Positions 16,988 through 26,978 of a stretch of DNA of 32,000 nt are shown piece by piece (within the stretch, counting starts at the first letter, position 1; every line of letters starts with the position of its first letter). The notes beneath the pieces were generated by a model, which did not search any database, had not been told where the DNA came from, and saw only the letters and a list, made by a program, of their open reading frames with translations. This stretch comes from Synechococcus sp. A15-28 (GTDB lineage Bacteria; Cyanobacteriota; Cyanobacteriia; PCC-6307; Cyanobiaceae). The DNA lies in contig NZ_CP047931.1 in assembly GCF_014280175.1 (NCBI RefSeq), positions 330,001 through 362,000 of the forward strand, written 5' to 3'. A program made the position numbers and the translations under genes.

Positions 16988-17629
16988 TCAGCCTTCCAGC
17001 GGTGTGATCCGGAAGCCGCAGGCGTGTCCTCCCTCGAGCCGCCAGTGCACCCGTTCCACCTGGCAGTCGGGAACCGTTCTGCGGATCAGCACCAGTTCCT
17101 GGTCACAGACAGCGGGAAATTCCTCGGCGATCCGTTGCACCGAGCAGTGCACTTCCTGCAGGCGCCAGCTCACTCCATCGTCTTCCGGGCTGCAGAGCGT
17201 GACGTAGCCCTCATCTCGCCTCAGGCTGGCCAGCTGCTCGAGTCGCTGCTGCAGCGGGCCGTTGCCGATCCGATCCCGGTAGCGGTTGGCCTTGTCCTCC
17301 GCCTGCTGGTTCAACAGGGTTCGTACGGTTTCTTCCGGCAGGCTGGCCCGCATGGAGTTCAGCAGCCCCAGGGCGAAGCGTTGGCTGCCATCGGGGAAAT
17401 GATCCCGCCCTTGGTCGGTCAGGCGCCAGCGGTTGCTTGGCCGGCCTGGACCGGACACGCTGGGGCTCGCTTCGGCCAGTCCAGCTTCAGCCAGGCTTCT
17501 CAACTGTCGCCGTACCGCCTGGACCGACAGGTTCAGGGTTTCGGCCAGGTCTGCAGCATCAGCATCCCCGCGCTCCAGCAGCAGGGACAGCAAAACATCG
17601 CGGGTGCTGGCCTGAACTGGAGAGCTCAT
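16988..17629 (-). CDS. sufR: Iron-sulfur cluster transcriptional regulator SufR
   Basis: 'STRDVLLSLLLERGDADAADLAETLNLSVQAVRRQLRSLAEAGLAEASPSVSGPGRPSNRWRLTDQG', a Cys-containing C-terminus, and a position divergent from the suf operon. The likely start is MSSPVQ at 17629; the ORF extends to 17683. Confidence 0.9.
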   Translation of the reverse strand: MSSPVQASTRDVLLSLLLERGDADAADLAETLNLSVQAVRRQLRSLAEAGLAEASPSVSGPGRPSNRWRLTDQGRDHFPDGSQRFALGLLNSMRASLPEETVRTLLNQQAEDKANRYRDRIGNGPLQQRLEQLASLRRDEGYVTLCSPEDDGVSWRLQEVHCSVQRIAEEFPAVCDQELVLIRRTVPDCQVERVHWRLEGGHACGFRITPLEG

Positions 17630-17704
17630 GGTGTGCAGAACCTGTTTCCACGATGCCACCGGAATGGTGACTCCGGCGTTCACAATGGTGCTTCTCCAAG
17701 GCCC

Positions 17705-17742
17705 GACCTGTTGCCTTAGGCTTCGAATAAGGAAACCAGGTC
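17705..17742. promoter_or_regulatory. Interrupted inverted repeat in the sufR/ftrC divergent promoter region, candidate operator
   Basis: GACCTG ttg CCTTA ggcttcgaa TAAGG aaac CAGGTC. The outer 6 bp arms and inner 5 bp arms are both perfectly complementary. Confidence 0.45.
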
Positions 17743-17766
17743 GTTTCGTAACTTCGCTTTTCCTCC

Positions 17767-18123
17767 ATGTCTGACGCCGCTCCCGAGCCCACCGCCGAAA
17801 GCCTAGAGGTGATCCGCAAGTTCGCTGAGACCTACGCCCAGCGCACAGGCACCTATTTTTGCGCCGAAGCCAGCGTGACCTCCGTGGTGCTCAAGGGTCT
17901 GGCACGTCACAAGGATGAGCTCGGCGGTGCGCTCTGCCCCTGCCGCCACTACGAGGACAAGGAGGCAGAGGTGTCCCAGGCGTTCTGGAACTGCCCTTGC
18001 GTGCCGATGCGCGAGCGCAAGGAGTGTCACTGCATGCTGTTCCTCACCGAGGACAACCCCTTCGCCTGTCCGAATCAGACCCAGACGATCAGCACCGAGA
18101 CGATCCACGCCACTGCCGGCTGA
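17767..18123 (+). CDS. ftrC: Ferredoxin-thioredoxin reductase catalytic (beta) subunit
   Basis: 118 aa with 'YFCAEASVTSVVLKGLARHKDELGGALCPCRHYEDKEAEVSQAFWNCPCVPMRERKECHCMLFL', giving the CPC / CPC / CHC cysteine pattern. Confidence 0.95.
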   Translation: MSDAAPEPTAESLEVIRKFAETYAQRTGTYFCAEASVTSVVLKGLARHKDELGGALCPCRHYEDKEAEVSQAFWNCPCVPMRERKECHCMLFLTEDNPFACPNQTQTISTETIHATAG

Positions 18124-18128
18124 CCTGA

Positions 18129-19568
18129 ATGACCAGCACCTCCACACGGGACCTCGTCAGCCAGCCGTACAAGTACGGCTTCGTCACCGAGATCGAGACC
18201 GACAAGATCGCCAAAGGTCTTAGCGAGGACGTTGTTCGGCTGATCTCGGCGAAAAAAGAAGAGCCCGCGTTCCTGCTGGAGTTCCGTCTCAAAGCGTTTC
18301 GCCATTGGCTCACGCTGGAAGAGCCCGACTGGGCTGCTTTGGGATATCCCCGGATTGATTATCAGGACATCGTTTATTACGCAGCACCGAAGCAGCAGGA
18401 CAAAAAGGCCAGCCTCGATGAGGTGGATCCCAAGCTCCTGGAGACCTTCGACAAGCTCGGCATTCCCTTAAGCGAGCAGAAACGATTGAGCAACGTGGCT
18501 GTGGACGCGGTGTTCGACAGCGTTTCCATCGCAACGACTTACAAGGAGAAGCTGGCGGAACACGGGGTGGTGTTCTGCTCGTTCAGTGAGGCGGTCAAAG
18601 AGCACCCGGATCTGATTGAGCGCTACCTCGGATCCGTGGTGGCCAGCAACGACAACTACTTCGCTGCACTCAATTCCGCCGTGTTCAGTGATGGCTCCTT
18701 CGTGTTCATCCCCAAAGGGGTCGAATGCCCGATGGAGCTCTCCACCTATTTCCGGATCAATTCCGGCGACACCGGACAGTTCGAGCGCACCTTGATCGTG
18801 GCCGAAGAAGGAGCCTCGGTGAGTTACCTGGAAGGCTGCACGGCACCGATGTTCGACACCAATCAGCTGCATGCCGCGGTGGTGGAACTGGTGGTGCTGG
18901 ACAACGCCTCGATCAAGTACTCCACCGTCCAGAACTGGTACGCCGGTGATGAAAACGGTGTCGGTGGCATCTATAACTTCGTCACCAAGCGGGGCCAGTG
19001 CCGTGGTGCCCGCAGCCGCATCAGCTGGACCCAGGTGGAGACAGGTTCCGCCATTACTTGGAAGTACCCCAGTTGCGTGCTGCAGGGTGCCGATTCGGTC
19101 GGTGAGTTCTATTCCGTGGCCCTCACCAATAACTGTCAGCAGGCCGACACTGGCACCAAGATGGTTCACGTTGGTCCACGAACCCGCTCCACGATCGTGA
19201 GCAAAGGGATCAGTGCTGGTCGCTCCAGCAACAGCTACCGCGGTTTGGTTCAGATGGGACCAGCTGCGAAAGGGGCTCGCAATTACAGCCAGTGCGACTC
19301 GATGCTGATCGGCGATCAGGCCGCCGCCAACACCTATCCCTACATCCGTTCCCAGCAGCCCCAGGCCGCGATCGAACACGAGGCCAGCACCTGCCGCATC
19401 TCCGAAGACCAGCTCTTCTATCTCCAAAGCCGGGGTATCGGCTTTGAGGAGGCGGTGTCGATGATGGTCAGCGGCTTCTGCCGTGATGTGTTCAACCAGT
19501 TGCCGATGGAGTTCGCCGCTGAGGCGGACAAACTGCTGGCCCTCAAGCTCGAGGGATCCGTGGGCTGA
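18129..19568 (+). CDS. sufB: Fe-S cluster assembly protein SufB
   Basis: 479 aa with '[64 protein letters not shown]' and '[27 protein letters not shown]'. Confidence 0.97.
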   Translation: MTSTSTRDLVSQPYKYGFVTEIETDKIAKGLSEDVVRLISAKKEEPAFLLEFRLKAFRHWLTLEEPDWAALGYPRIDYQDIVYYAAPKQQDKKASLDEVDPKLLETFDKLGIPLSEQKRLSNVAVDAVFDSVSIATTYKEKLAEHGVVFCSFSEAVKEHPDLIERYLGSVVASNDNYFAALNSAVFSDGSFVFIPKGVECPMELSTYFRINSGDTGQFERTLIVAEEGASVSYLEGCTAPMFDTNQLHAAVVELVVLDNASIKYSTVQNWYAGDENGVGGIYNFVTKRGQCRGARSRISWTQVETGSAITWKYPSCVLQGADSVGEFYSVALTNNCQQADTGTKMVHVGPRTRSTIVSKGISAGRSSNSYRGLVQMGPAAKGARNYSQCDSMLIGDQAAANTYPYIRSQQPQAAIEHEASTCRISEDQLFYLQSRGIGFEEAVSMMVSGFCRDVFNQLPMEFAAEADKLLALKLEGSVG

Positions 19569-19608
19569 CCCCTGGCTCCATTCCTCTTTTGTTCTTTCTT
19601 CCTCTCCA

Positions 19609-20397
19609 GTGATCCGCCCCGACGCCGAGCTGCTTCTCGACATCAACGATCTGCACGCCTCTGTGGAGGATCAGCCCATCCTCAAGGGGGTGAACCTGCA
19701 GGTGCGTGCCGGCGAGATCCACGCGGTGATGGGTCGCAACGGCAGCGGCAAAAGCACCCTGTCCAAGGTGCTGGCGGGTCACCCTGCCTATCGCGTTACC
19801 GCTGGCACCGTGCGCTACCGCGGCTCCGATCTGTTTGAGCTGGAGCCGGAAGAGCGGGCCCGCCTCGGGGTGTTTCTCGGCTTTCAGTACCCCGTTGAGA
19901 TCCCTGGCGTCAGCAACCTTGAGTTCCTGCGCGTGGCGGCCAATGCCCGCCGCAGTAAGCAGGGGTTGGAGGAACTCGACACCTTCGACTTCGAGGATCA
20001 CGTTCAGGAGAAGCTGCAGGTGGTCCAGATGGACCCGGCCTTCCTGGAACGGAGTGTGAACGAAGGCTTCTCAGGCGGAGAGAAGAAGCGCAATGAGATT
20101 CTTCAGATGGCGCTGCTGGATCCTGTGGTGGCGATCCTCGATGAGACCGATTCCGGCCTCGACATCGACGCCCTGCGCATTGTTGCCGGCGGTGTGAACC
20201 AGCTGGCCACGCCTGAGAACGCCACGCTGTTGATCACCCACTACCAGCGTCTGCTGGATGAGATCACCCCCGATTACGTGCACGTGATGGCGGCGGGCCG
20301 CATCCTGCGCACCGGCGGCCGCGATCTGGCCCTCGAGCTGGAAAAGACGGGTTACGACTGGGTGGACAAGGAACTGGCCGCCCAGGGGGTGGCTTGA
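19609..20397 (+). CDS. sufC: Fe-S cluster assembly ATPase SufC
   Basis: Likely GTG start at 19609 ('[19 protein letters not shown]'). Walker [10 protein letters not shown], '[44 protein letters not shown]'. The track ORF start at 19483 lies inside sufB. Confidence 0.95.
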   Translation: MIRPDAELLLDINDLHASVEDQPILKGVNLQVRAGEIHAVMGRNGSGKSTLSKVLAGHPAYRVTAGTVRYRGSDLFELEPEERARLGVFLGFQYPVEIPGVSNLEFLRVAANARRSKQGLEELDTFDFEDHVQEKLQVVQMDPAFLERSVNEGFSGGEKKRNEILQMALLDPVVAILDETDSGLDIDALRIVAGGVNQLATPENATLLITHYQRLLDEITPDYVHVMAAGRILRTGGRDLALELEKTGYDWVDKELAAQGVA

Positions 20398-21578
20398 CCA
20401 TGACAAGCACGGTGCTCTCACCGGTTCTGGAGCGCGGCCGAGCGGCGTTGGACAAACTCGGTTTGCCCACCCGTCGTCAGGAGGCCTGGCGGCTCACCGA
20501 TCTCAAGCGATTGGAAGCGTTGGCGGGGCTGCCATTGAGCTCTGCTGCGCCATCCCCTGAACTTCCTTCTGTTGCGGCGGGGGTGTCGCGGATTGTGCTT
20601 GATGGCCAAAGCGACCCCCTCAACGGTGTTGATCTGCCAGACGGTGTGAGCGTCCTCTCCCCTGCGGAACTGGAGCAGGCATTGGGACACACCCTTGACC
20701 GCTGTGGCTGTGCCGATAGCTGGCCAGTGGAACTCAACCACGCCTCAGCCCGGCAGGTGTTGGCTCTGCGGGTGCGTGGTGCTGTTCCCCCGTTGGAGCT
20801 GGTGCTTTCGGGCGCTGCCGGCCTGACGGCAACCCGGGTTGTGCTGCTGGTGGAGGAAAAAGCGACGCTTGAGTTGCTGCAAGTGCTTCACTCCGATGGC
20901 CCTTCGGCCCACAGCCACGTGCTGGAGGTCCATCTGGGCCAGGAAGCTCAGCTTCGTCACGGATTGATCGCGACGGCTGATGGTGAGGCCTCGTTGATGA
21001 CCCATCTGGCTGTGGAGCAGGAGCCCCGCAGTCATTACGCCTTCACGTCGGTGGTGCAGGGGTGGAATCTGGCGCGGGTTGAGCCCAGGGTGGTGCAGGT
21101 GGATGGGCAGGCGAGCACGGTGCTTAAAGGTCTGGCGGTGAGTCAGGCGGAGCAGCAGCTGGCCACCCACACGGCGGTGCGTTTCGACGGACCGGATGGG
21201 GAGCTGGATCAGCTGCAGAAATGTCTGGCCGGCGACCGTTCCCACGCCATCTTCAACGGCGCCATTCAGGTGCCCAGGGAGGCCCAGCGCACCAACGCGG
21301 CTCAGCTGAGCCGCAATCTGCTGCTGTCCGAGCGGGCCCGGCTGGACACCAAACCCGAGCTGGAGATCGTGGCCGACGATGTGCGCTGCGCCCATGGCGC
21401 CACGGTGAGCCAGTTGCAGGAGGACGAGCTCTTCTATCTGCAGAGTCGCGGGATTGCTGCTGCCGAAGCGGCGGCCCTGTTGCTGCGGGGGGCCTGCCAG
21501 GAGGTGATTGAGCATCTGCCGGCTTCAGCGGCAGCCTGGGACCCCCTGGGGCGGGTGATGAGGGGGTTAAGCCGATGA
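20394..21578 (+). CDS. sufD: Fe-S cluster assembly protein SufD
   Basis: 394 aa with '[17 protein letters not shown]' and '[29 protein letters not shown]'. Confidence 0.94.
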   Translation: MTMTSTVLSPVLERGRAALDKLGLPTRRQEAWRLTDLKRLEALAGLPLSSAAPSPELPSVAAGVSRIVLDGQSDPLNGVDLPDGVSVLSPAELEQALGHTLDRCGCADSWPVELNHASARQVLALRVRGAVPPLELVLSGAAGLTATRVVLLVEEKATLELLQVLHSDGPSAHSHVLEVHLGQEAQLRHGLIATADGEASLMTHLAVEQEPRSHYAFTSVVQGWNLARVEPRVVQVDGQASTVLKGLAVSQAEQQLATHTAVRFDGPDGELDQLQKCLAGDRSHAIFNGAIQVPREAQRTNAAQLSRNLLLSERARLDTKPELEIVADDVRCAHGATVSQLQEDELFYLQSRGIAAAEAAALLLRGACQEVIEHLPASAAAWDPLGRVMRGLSR

Positions 21579-22855
21579 CGACAACCTCAGCCGTGAAAAA
21601 TCGTGATGATATCGGTGTGATAGCTGATCGATATCGTGCCGACTTCCCGATCCTTGAGCAGGTCGCTCCCGATGGTCGGCCCTTGATCTACCTCGATCAC
21701 GCCGCCACCAGCCAGAAGCCGCGCCAGGTTTTGCAAGCCCTTCAGCACTATTACGCCGCAGACAATGCCAACGTGCATCGCGGCGCCCATCAGCTGAGTG
21801 CCCGGGCAACCGAGTCGTTCGAGGCGGCCCGCTCCGTGGCGGCGGACTTCATCGGGGCAGCCAGCTCCCGTGAAATCGTGTTCACCCGCAACGCCAGCGA
21901 GGCGATCAATCTCGTGGCCCGCAGCTGGGGTGATGCCAATTTGCGCGAGGGGGACGAAATCCTCCTCACCGTGATGGAGCATCACAGCAATCTGGTGCCC
22001 TGGCAGCTCTTAGCCCAGCGCACCGGCTGCGTTCTGCGCCATGTGGGGATCACCGAGACCGGTGAGCTGGATCTGGATGATTTCCGCAGCAAGCTCGGCG
22101 ACCGCACCCGCCTGGTCAGCCTGGTGCACATCAGCAATGCCCTCGGTTGCTGCAACCCCCTCGATCAGGTGATCCCCGCCGCCCATGCCTCCGGGGCCCT
22201 GGTGCTGGTGGATGCCTGCCAGAGCCTGGCCCACAAGCCGATTGATGTGGCCGGTCTTGATGCTGATTTTCTTGTCGGTTCCTCCCACAAGCTCTGCGGC
22301 CCCACCGGCATGGGCTTCCTCTGGGCACGGGAGTCCCTGCTGGAGGAGATGCCTCCTTTCCTCGGTGGTGGGGAAATGATCCAGGACGTTTTCCTGGATC
22401 ACAGCACCTGGGCCGTGCTGCCTCACAAATTCGAAGCTGGCACCCCGGCCATTGGCGAAGCGGTGGGCATGGGGGCCGCGATTCGATACCTGCAGGCGAT
22501 TGGGCTGGAGGCGATTCAGGCCTGGGAAGCACAGCTCACCTGCCATCTGTTCGACCGGCTGCAAGCCATTGATGGTGTGAGGGTCCTGGGACCCACACCG
22601 GATCAGCAGCCCGAGCGCGGCGCGCTGGCCACCTTCCTTGTGGACGGCGTGCATGCCAATGACATCGCTGCCTTGATGGATGCCTCCGGGATCTGCATCC
22701 GCAGCGGTCACCACTGCTGTCAGCCCCTGCACCGCCATTACGGCGTGACGGCATCAGCCCGGGCCAGCCTGAGTTTCATCAGCACCTTCGAGGAGATCGA
22801 CCGGTTCAGTGAGGAGCTGGCGTCCACCATCGGCTTCCTGAGGGAGCACAGCTGA
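21575..22855 (+). CDS. sufS: Cysteine desulfurase SufS
   Basis: 426 aa with 'LIYLDHAATSQKPRQVLQAL', 'FVGSSHKLCGPTGMGFLW' (PLP lysine) and 'GICIRSGHHCCQPLH'. Confidence 0.96.
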   Translation: MTTTSAVKNRDDIGVIADRYRADFPILEQVAPDGRPLIYLDHAATSQKPRQVLQALQHYYAADNANVHRGAHQLSARATESFEAARSVAADFIGAASSREIVFTRNASEAINLVARSWGDANLREGDEILLTVMEHHSNLVPWQLLAQRTGCVLRHVGITETGELDLDDFRSKLGDRTRLVSLVHISNALGCCNPLDQVIPAAHASGALVLVDACQSLAHKPIDVAGLDADFLVGSSHKLCGPTGMGFLWARESLLEEMPPFLGGGEMIQDVFLDHSTWAVLPHKFEAGTPAIGEAVGMGAAIRYLQAIGLEAIQAWEAQLTCHLFDRLQAIDGVRVLGPTPDQQPERGALATFLVDGVHANDIAALMDASGICIRSGHHCCQPLHRHYGVTASARASLSFISTFEEIDRFSEELASTIGFLREHS

Positions 22856-23012
22856 ACGGTGCTTCCTTCTGCAAGGAGTGGATTGCAGCTCAAAGATTGA
22901 TGTTGATTGTCAATTTTTTTACCGTTGAATTATGAGTATTGAATGAGAGATGGTGGTTCTTATTCGTTGCGGGGATGACTGCCTCGTTTAAGATCCTGCT
23001 AATAGTGTTAAA

Positions 23013-25016
23013 TTGCCGCGAAACGGTTTTTCGGTTGTAAGCAACGTGTCTACTGCTGATTACATTCCATCAGTTTTGGTTGGTGAGGCAGTGACCTCTG
23101 AGCCTGGTCGCTCCAGGTATGAGTGGCGTAATCAGCGCTCTTTTACGGCGATCAAATCAGATGGATCAGTCGTGAGTTGGGGCAGCGTTTCAACCGATGG
23201 AGATAAGGATGTTTTTCGCTACACAAAAGAGGGGCCCTTCCAGCAGGTTTTCAGCAACAGGCACGCGTGGTCAGCCATCCGTTCTGACGGGAAGCTGATC
23301 ACCTGGGGGAATGGCGGTCGTGGTGGCGAGAAGCGCGATGCAAAAGACGACCTTCAGGATGGAGTTGTCAGAGTTTTCTCGACGAGGCGGTCGTTCTCCG
23401 CATTGAAGTCGGATGGGTCGGTTGTGAGTTGGGGGCAAGATCTAGAGGGAGGGGATAACAGCCTGGTGGCGGAACAATTGACTTCCGATGTTGTGAATCT
23501 GTTCTCAACTGGAACGTCGATGGCGGCCTTGAAGTCGGATGGCTCTGTGGTGACCTGGGGTCTCTCGACAGAAGACCCAAGGTCTGAATCTCTTGGGGGT
23601 GATATTGATACTGGCTCGCCCCGTGGCGGCGATAGCTCTGAGGTGGCGGATCTGATTGATTCAGGTGTTATTGATATTTTTTCGAGCCGTTACGCCTTTG
23701 TAGCGCTGAAAAATGATGGCAGTGTTGTGGCTTGGGGTGATCCCCTGAGAGGAGGCGATACTGGAGATGCTCAAAGACTTCTAAGAAAAGGGGTTCAATC
23801 CGTTGCTTCAACGGGCACATCGTTTGCGGCGCTGAAGAAGAACGGTCGTGTGGTGACTTGGGGTGATCCCTGGCGCGGTGGAAAGCGGAATGTTGTTGAT
23901 TTTCATACCTTCCATTGGACCTTGATGGAAGATGAAAGTGAGCCCCGGGTCATCGAAAGTGTCAGGAAGGATCTGCGTTCAGGGGTTACCGAAAACTTCT
24001 CCACGCGTTATGCCTATGCGGCACTGAAAGAAGACGGATCACTGATCACGTGGGGGCTTCAAAAGGCTGGTGGCTATTCTTCAGGGGTCCGTGATCGTCT
24101 GGAGGTTGGTGTAGAGACTGTTGCGTCGACACGCTATGCCTTTGCGGCCTTGTTGAAAGATGGTTCGATTGTGTCCTGGGGTGATAAGGATGCCCGTGTG
24201 ATGGACAAGTCGACGAGACAAGCACTTGCCAATGGTGCGTTTGTCTCCATCACCTCCAGCCGCTATGGCTTTGCGGCTTTAGCTAATGATGGTTCAGTGG
24301 TGAGTTGGGGCTCGACGGGATCTGCGGCGAACAACAAGTACCCCATTGACACCTCTTCAGTTGAGGAACAATTGTCAGGAGGTGTTGTTGAAGTCTTTTC
24401 GACGGGCTATTCCTTTGCGGCATTAAAGGAAGATGGATCTGTCGTGGCGTGGGGTGATGCCGCAAAGGGTGGTGATACATCTGAGGTCCAACAAGAGCTT
24501 GAAGAGGGTGTAGTGGCCATTGCCAGTCCTTTTACCGATGTTTCAACGTTTCAGTTGATTGGCAATCAGGTGACCAGCATCATTGACTTTGATCTTGCTG
24601 TGAATGCAGCAGGTGCTGACCATTTAGAGCTTGGTGGTCTTGCTCGATTGGCGGGTAAAGGAAATGATCGGGACAACCGCCTTGTGGCCAACAATGCCGG
24701 TAATACATTGTTTGGGCGGCAAGGAGCTGACTCGCTGATTGGTGGTCATGGTGATGACATCCTGCGAGGCGGTGCTGGTGATGATCTGATCACAGGTGGG
24801 TTAGGTGCCGATCAATTCGAGATGTCGAAGGGGTATGACATTGTCGAGGATTTTGCTCCCATGGACGGTGATGTTATTGGTGTGGATGATTCCGATTTGA
24901 TTTCGTTGAATACAACATCAACTGGGGTGCTGTTGTCTCTTCGTGGCACGGATCATGCCTTGTTGCTTCAAGGCATGGCGATGGACGATCTGTCTGGTTA
25001 CGACATTTTTGTCTGA
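23013..25016 (+). CDS. Large protein with ten RCC1-like repeats and a C-terminal RTX (hemolysin-type calcium-binding) domain
   Basis: 667 aa. Periodic 'xFAALKxDGSVVxWGxxxxGGDxxxVxxxLxxGVxxVxSTxY' units at roughly 42 aa spacing, then 'GNTLFGRQGADSLIGGHGDDILRGGAGDDLITGGLGADQF' RTX nonapeptides. Confidence 0.88.
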   Translation: MPRNGFSVVSNVSTADYIPSVLVGEAVTSEPGRSRYEWRNQRSFTAIKSDGSVVSWGSVSTDGDKDVFRYTKEGPFQQVFSNRHAWSAIRSDGKLITWGNGGRGGEKRDAKDDLQDGVVRVFSTRRSFSALKSDGSVVSWGQDLEGGDNSLVAEQLTSDVVNLFSTGTSMAALKSDGSVVTWGLSTEDPRSESLGGDIDTGSPRGGDSSEVADLIDSGVIDIFSSRYAFVALKNDGSVVAWGDPLRGGDTGDAQRLLRKGVQSVASTGTSFAALKKNGRVVTWGDPWRGGKRNVVDFHTFHWTLMEDESEPRVIESVRKDLRSGVTENFSTRYAYAALKEDGSLITWGLQKAGGYSSGVRDRLEVGVETVASTRYAFAALLKDGSIVSWGDKDARVMDKSTRQALANGAFVSITSSRYGFAALANDGSVVSWGSTGSAANNKYPIDTSSVEEQLSGGVVEVFSTGYSFAALKEDGSVVAWGDAAKGGDTSEVQQELEEGVVAIASPFTDVSTFQLIGNQVTSIIDFDLAVNAAGADHLELGGLARLAGKGNDRDNRLVANNAGNTLFGRQGADSLIGGHGDDILRGGAGDDLITGGLGADQFEMSKGYDIVEDFAPMDGDVIGVDDSDLISLNTTSTGVLLSLRGTDHALLLQGMAMDDLSGYDIFV

Positions 25017-26929
25017 TCCGGTCCCTGATCCAGCCTGAGAGAAGAGCAGAAAAAACGTTCCGTTTCTTCAAGCACTTCGATCTGTGTGGCCTGGTTGCGG
25101 AAGCCATGGCCTTCCTCCTCGAACAGCCGCACCTCCACCGGGATTCCGTTGCTGCGCAGGGCCTCGGCCATGCGTTCGGTCTGCTCCGGAGGCACCACCT
25201 TGTCCTGCAGCCCCTGGAAGAACAGCACCGGGCAACGGATGCAATCGGCATGCAGCAAGGGAGACCGTTGCTCAAAGATCTCCCGCTGCTCTGGCCAGTC
25301 GCCAACCAGGCTGTCCAGGTAGCGGGCCTCAAAGCAGTGGGTGTCCTGGGCCATGGCCGTGAGATCACATACGGCATAGCGACAGGCACCCACCCGGAAC
25401 ACATCGGTGAAGCAGAGGGCCGCCAGGGTGGTGAAGCCGCCGGCACTGCCGCCTTCGATGGCGATCTGTTCGGGATGGGCGCGGCCGGACGCGATCATGG
25501 CCCGCGCTGCTGCGGCGCAGTCCGCCACGTCCACGACCCCCCAGCTGCCATTCAGCCGTTCCCGGTACTCCCGGCCGAATCCTGTGGACCCGCCATAGTT
25601 CACATCCACCACGCCCCAACCGCGGCTGGTCCAGTACTGAATGGCCAGACTCAGGCCACGGCGGGCCATGGCGGTGGGGCCGCTGTGGCTCTTCACCAAC
25701 AGCGGGGCCGGTGTCGTCGTGTTGCTCCGAGGCGGGTAGTACCAGGCGTGGGTGCGTTGTCCATCGTGGCCGTCGAACCAGATCGGTTCTGCCACGCTGA
25801 TCTCGGCTTGGGCGATGGGGCTCTCCAGCGCAGGGGTGTGAACCCATGAGCTGGTCCCATCGGAAGCCAGGGAGAGTTCCAGCAGCCCCGCCATCGAGGT
25901 GCTGTTGCTGGCCACAGCCACGGCCCGGCCCTTGAGAGCCCGCAGCCCGGCCAGGTCGTCAAAGGGCTGATCGATGCGGCTGATCGTGCCCTCCAGGCTC
26001 AGCCGGTTGAGCGACCAGCAGCCATCGGCACAGGTGGCCGCCAGCAGTTGCTGACCGTCCCATGCGGTGGTGCTCATGCCGTAGATCCATTGCGGCATGG
26101 CGGTTTCGGCGGCCATCGGCCAGGGATGCTCCCAGCTGATTGCCCCTGGTCGGCGTCGCTTCAGGTTCCACCAACCGTCGCTGTCCTCCGCCACCAGCAG
26201 TGAACCGTCCGGCAGCCACTGGGGCTGGAACACCGAAACCCCCGCTCCGCCAGCGATCGTTCGGGGGTGACTCAGATCTCCCGAGCTGCTCAGATCGGCG
26301 CAGCAGAGCTGGCTGCTCTCCCAGGGCATGGCCGGTTGCTGCCATTCCACCCAGGCCAGTTGCGCCCCATCTGGGCTGAGGCAGGCATAACCGGCGAAGT
26401 CCGCCGGTTGATGCAGGAGCTCCGGCTCTTGCTCTGTTTGATCCAGCTCAGCGCATACCAGTTGATCCACACCATCGATCTCGCGGATCCCAAGCCAGCG
26501 GCGACGGCTCAGATCCAGCAGGCCATCGGCCAGATCCCAGTCCCCCGTGCGGGTCAGCTTCAGGGGCTGCATCAGCGGCTTGGGTCTGTCCGTGCTTTGC
26601 TCCGGCAGCTGCCAGTCCTGACGCCACAGGCAGCCGCCTGCAATCCATACGAGAAGCAGTGTCTCGCCATCGACTTCGCTGCACAGCACTCCGCCGCCGT
26701 AGTCATGCACCCGGCTTCGCAGGCTGATCGGGGCGGGGGTGAGTTCCGTTGGGGCCATCTCCGTGGCGCCGAAGGGGCGGATCAGAGCGGTGGTGCGTCC
26801 TTTTTCCTGAGGACGTTGTTCCAGCCAGAGCAGCCAGATTTGCTGGTTCGGTCCCTCCAGCAGCTGTGGTTCCTTCAGGCCAGGCAGCCTGCCGACAGCG
26901 ATCGATGCCGGAAGAGGGGTCGGAGCCAT
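24998..26929 (-). CDS. S9 family prolyl oligopeptidase / dipeptidyl aminopeptidase-like
   Basis: 'LLVKSHSGPTAMARRGLSLAIQYWTSRGWGVVDVNYGGSTGFGREYRERLNGSWGVVDVADC', 'IEGGSAGGFTTLAAL', 'QGLQDKVVPPEQTERM', 'EEGHGFRN'. The start may be 26929 or as far upstream as 27061. Confidence 0.9.
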   Translation of the reverse strand: MAPTPLPASIAVGRLPGLKEPQLLEGPNQQIWLLWLEQRPQEKGRTTALIRPFGATEMAPTELTPAPISLRSRVHDYGGGVLCSEVDGETLLLVWIAGGCLWRQDWQLPEQSTDRPKPLMQPLKLTRTGDWDLADGLLDLSRRRWLGIREIDGVDQLVCAELDQTEQEPELLHQPADFAGYACLSPDGAQLAWVEWQQPAMPWESSQLCCADLSSSGDLSHPRTIAGGAGVSVFQPQWLPDGSLLVAEDSDGWWNLKRRRPGAISWEHPWPMAAETAMPQWIYGMSTTAWDGQQLLAATCADGCWSLNRLSLEGTISRIDQPFDDLAGLRALKGRAVAVASNSTSMAGLLELSLASDGTSSWVHTPALESPIAQAEISVAEPIWFDGHDGQRTHAWYYPPRSNTTTPAPLLVKSHSGPTAMARRGLSLAIQYWTSRGWGVVDVNYGGSTGFGREYRERLNGSWGVVDVADCAAAARAMIASGRAHPEQIAIEGGSAGGFTTLAALCFTDVFRVGACRYAVCDLTAMAQDTHCFEARYLDSLVGDWPEQREIFEQRSPLLHADCIRCPVLFFQGLQDKVVPPEQTERMAEALRSNGIPVEVRLFEEEGHGFRNQATQIEVLEETERFFCSSLRLDQGPDQTKMS

Positions 26930-26978
26930 GCCAGCTGGATCGGGCCAATTACCATGCTGTATCAACGCTGGGGTGGTC

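Noticed and set aside
18468-19646. 392-aa minus-strand ORF
   Set aside because: Antisense shadow of sufB.
20745-21515. 256-aa minus-strand ORF
   Set aside because: Antisense shadow of sufD, with Q/H-rich composition.
23013-24520. Periodic DNA in this region considered as a CRISPR or tandem DNA repeat array
   Set aside because: The periodicity is at protein level within one long open frame. The nucleotide repeats are degenerate and there are no constant repeats with unique spacers.
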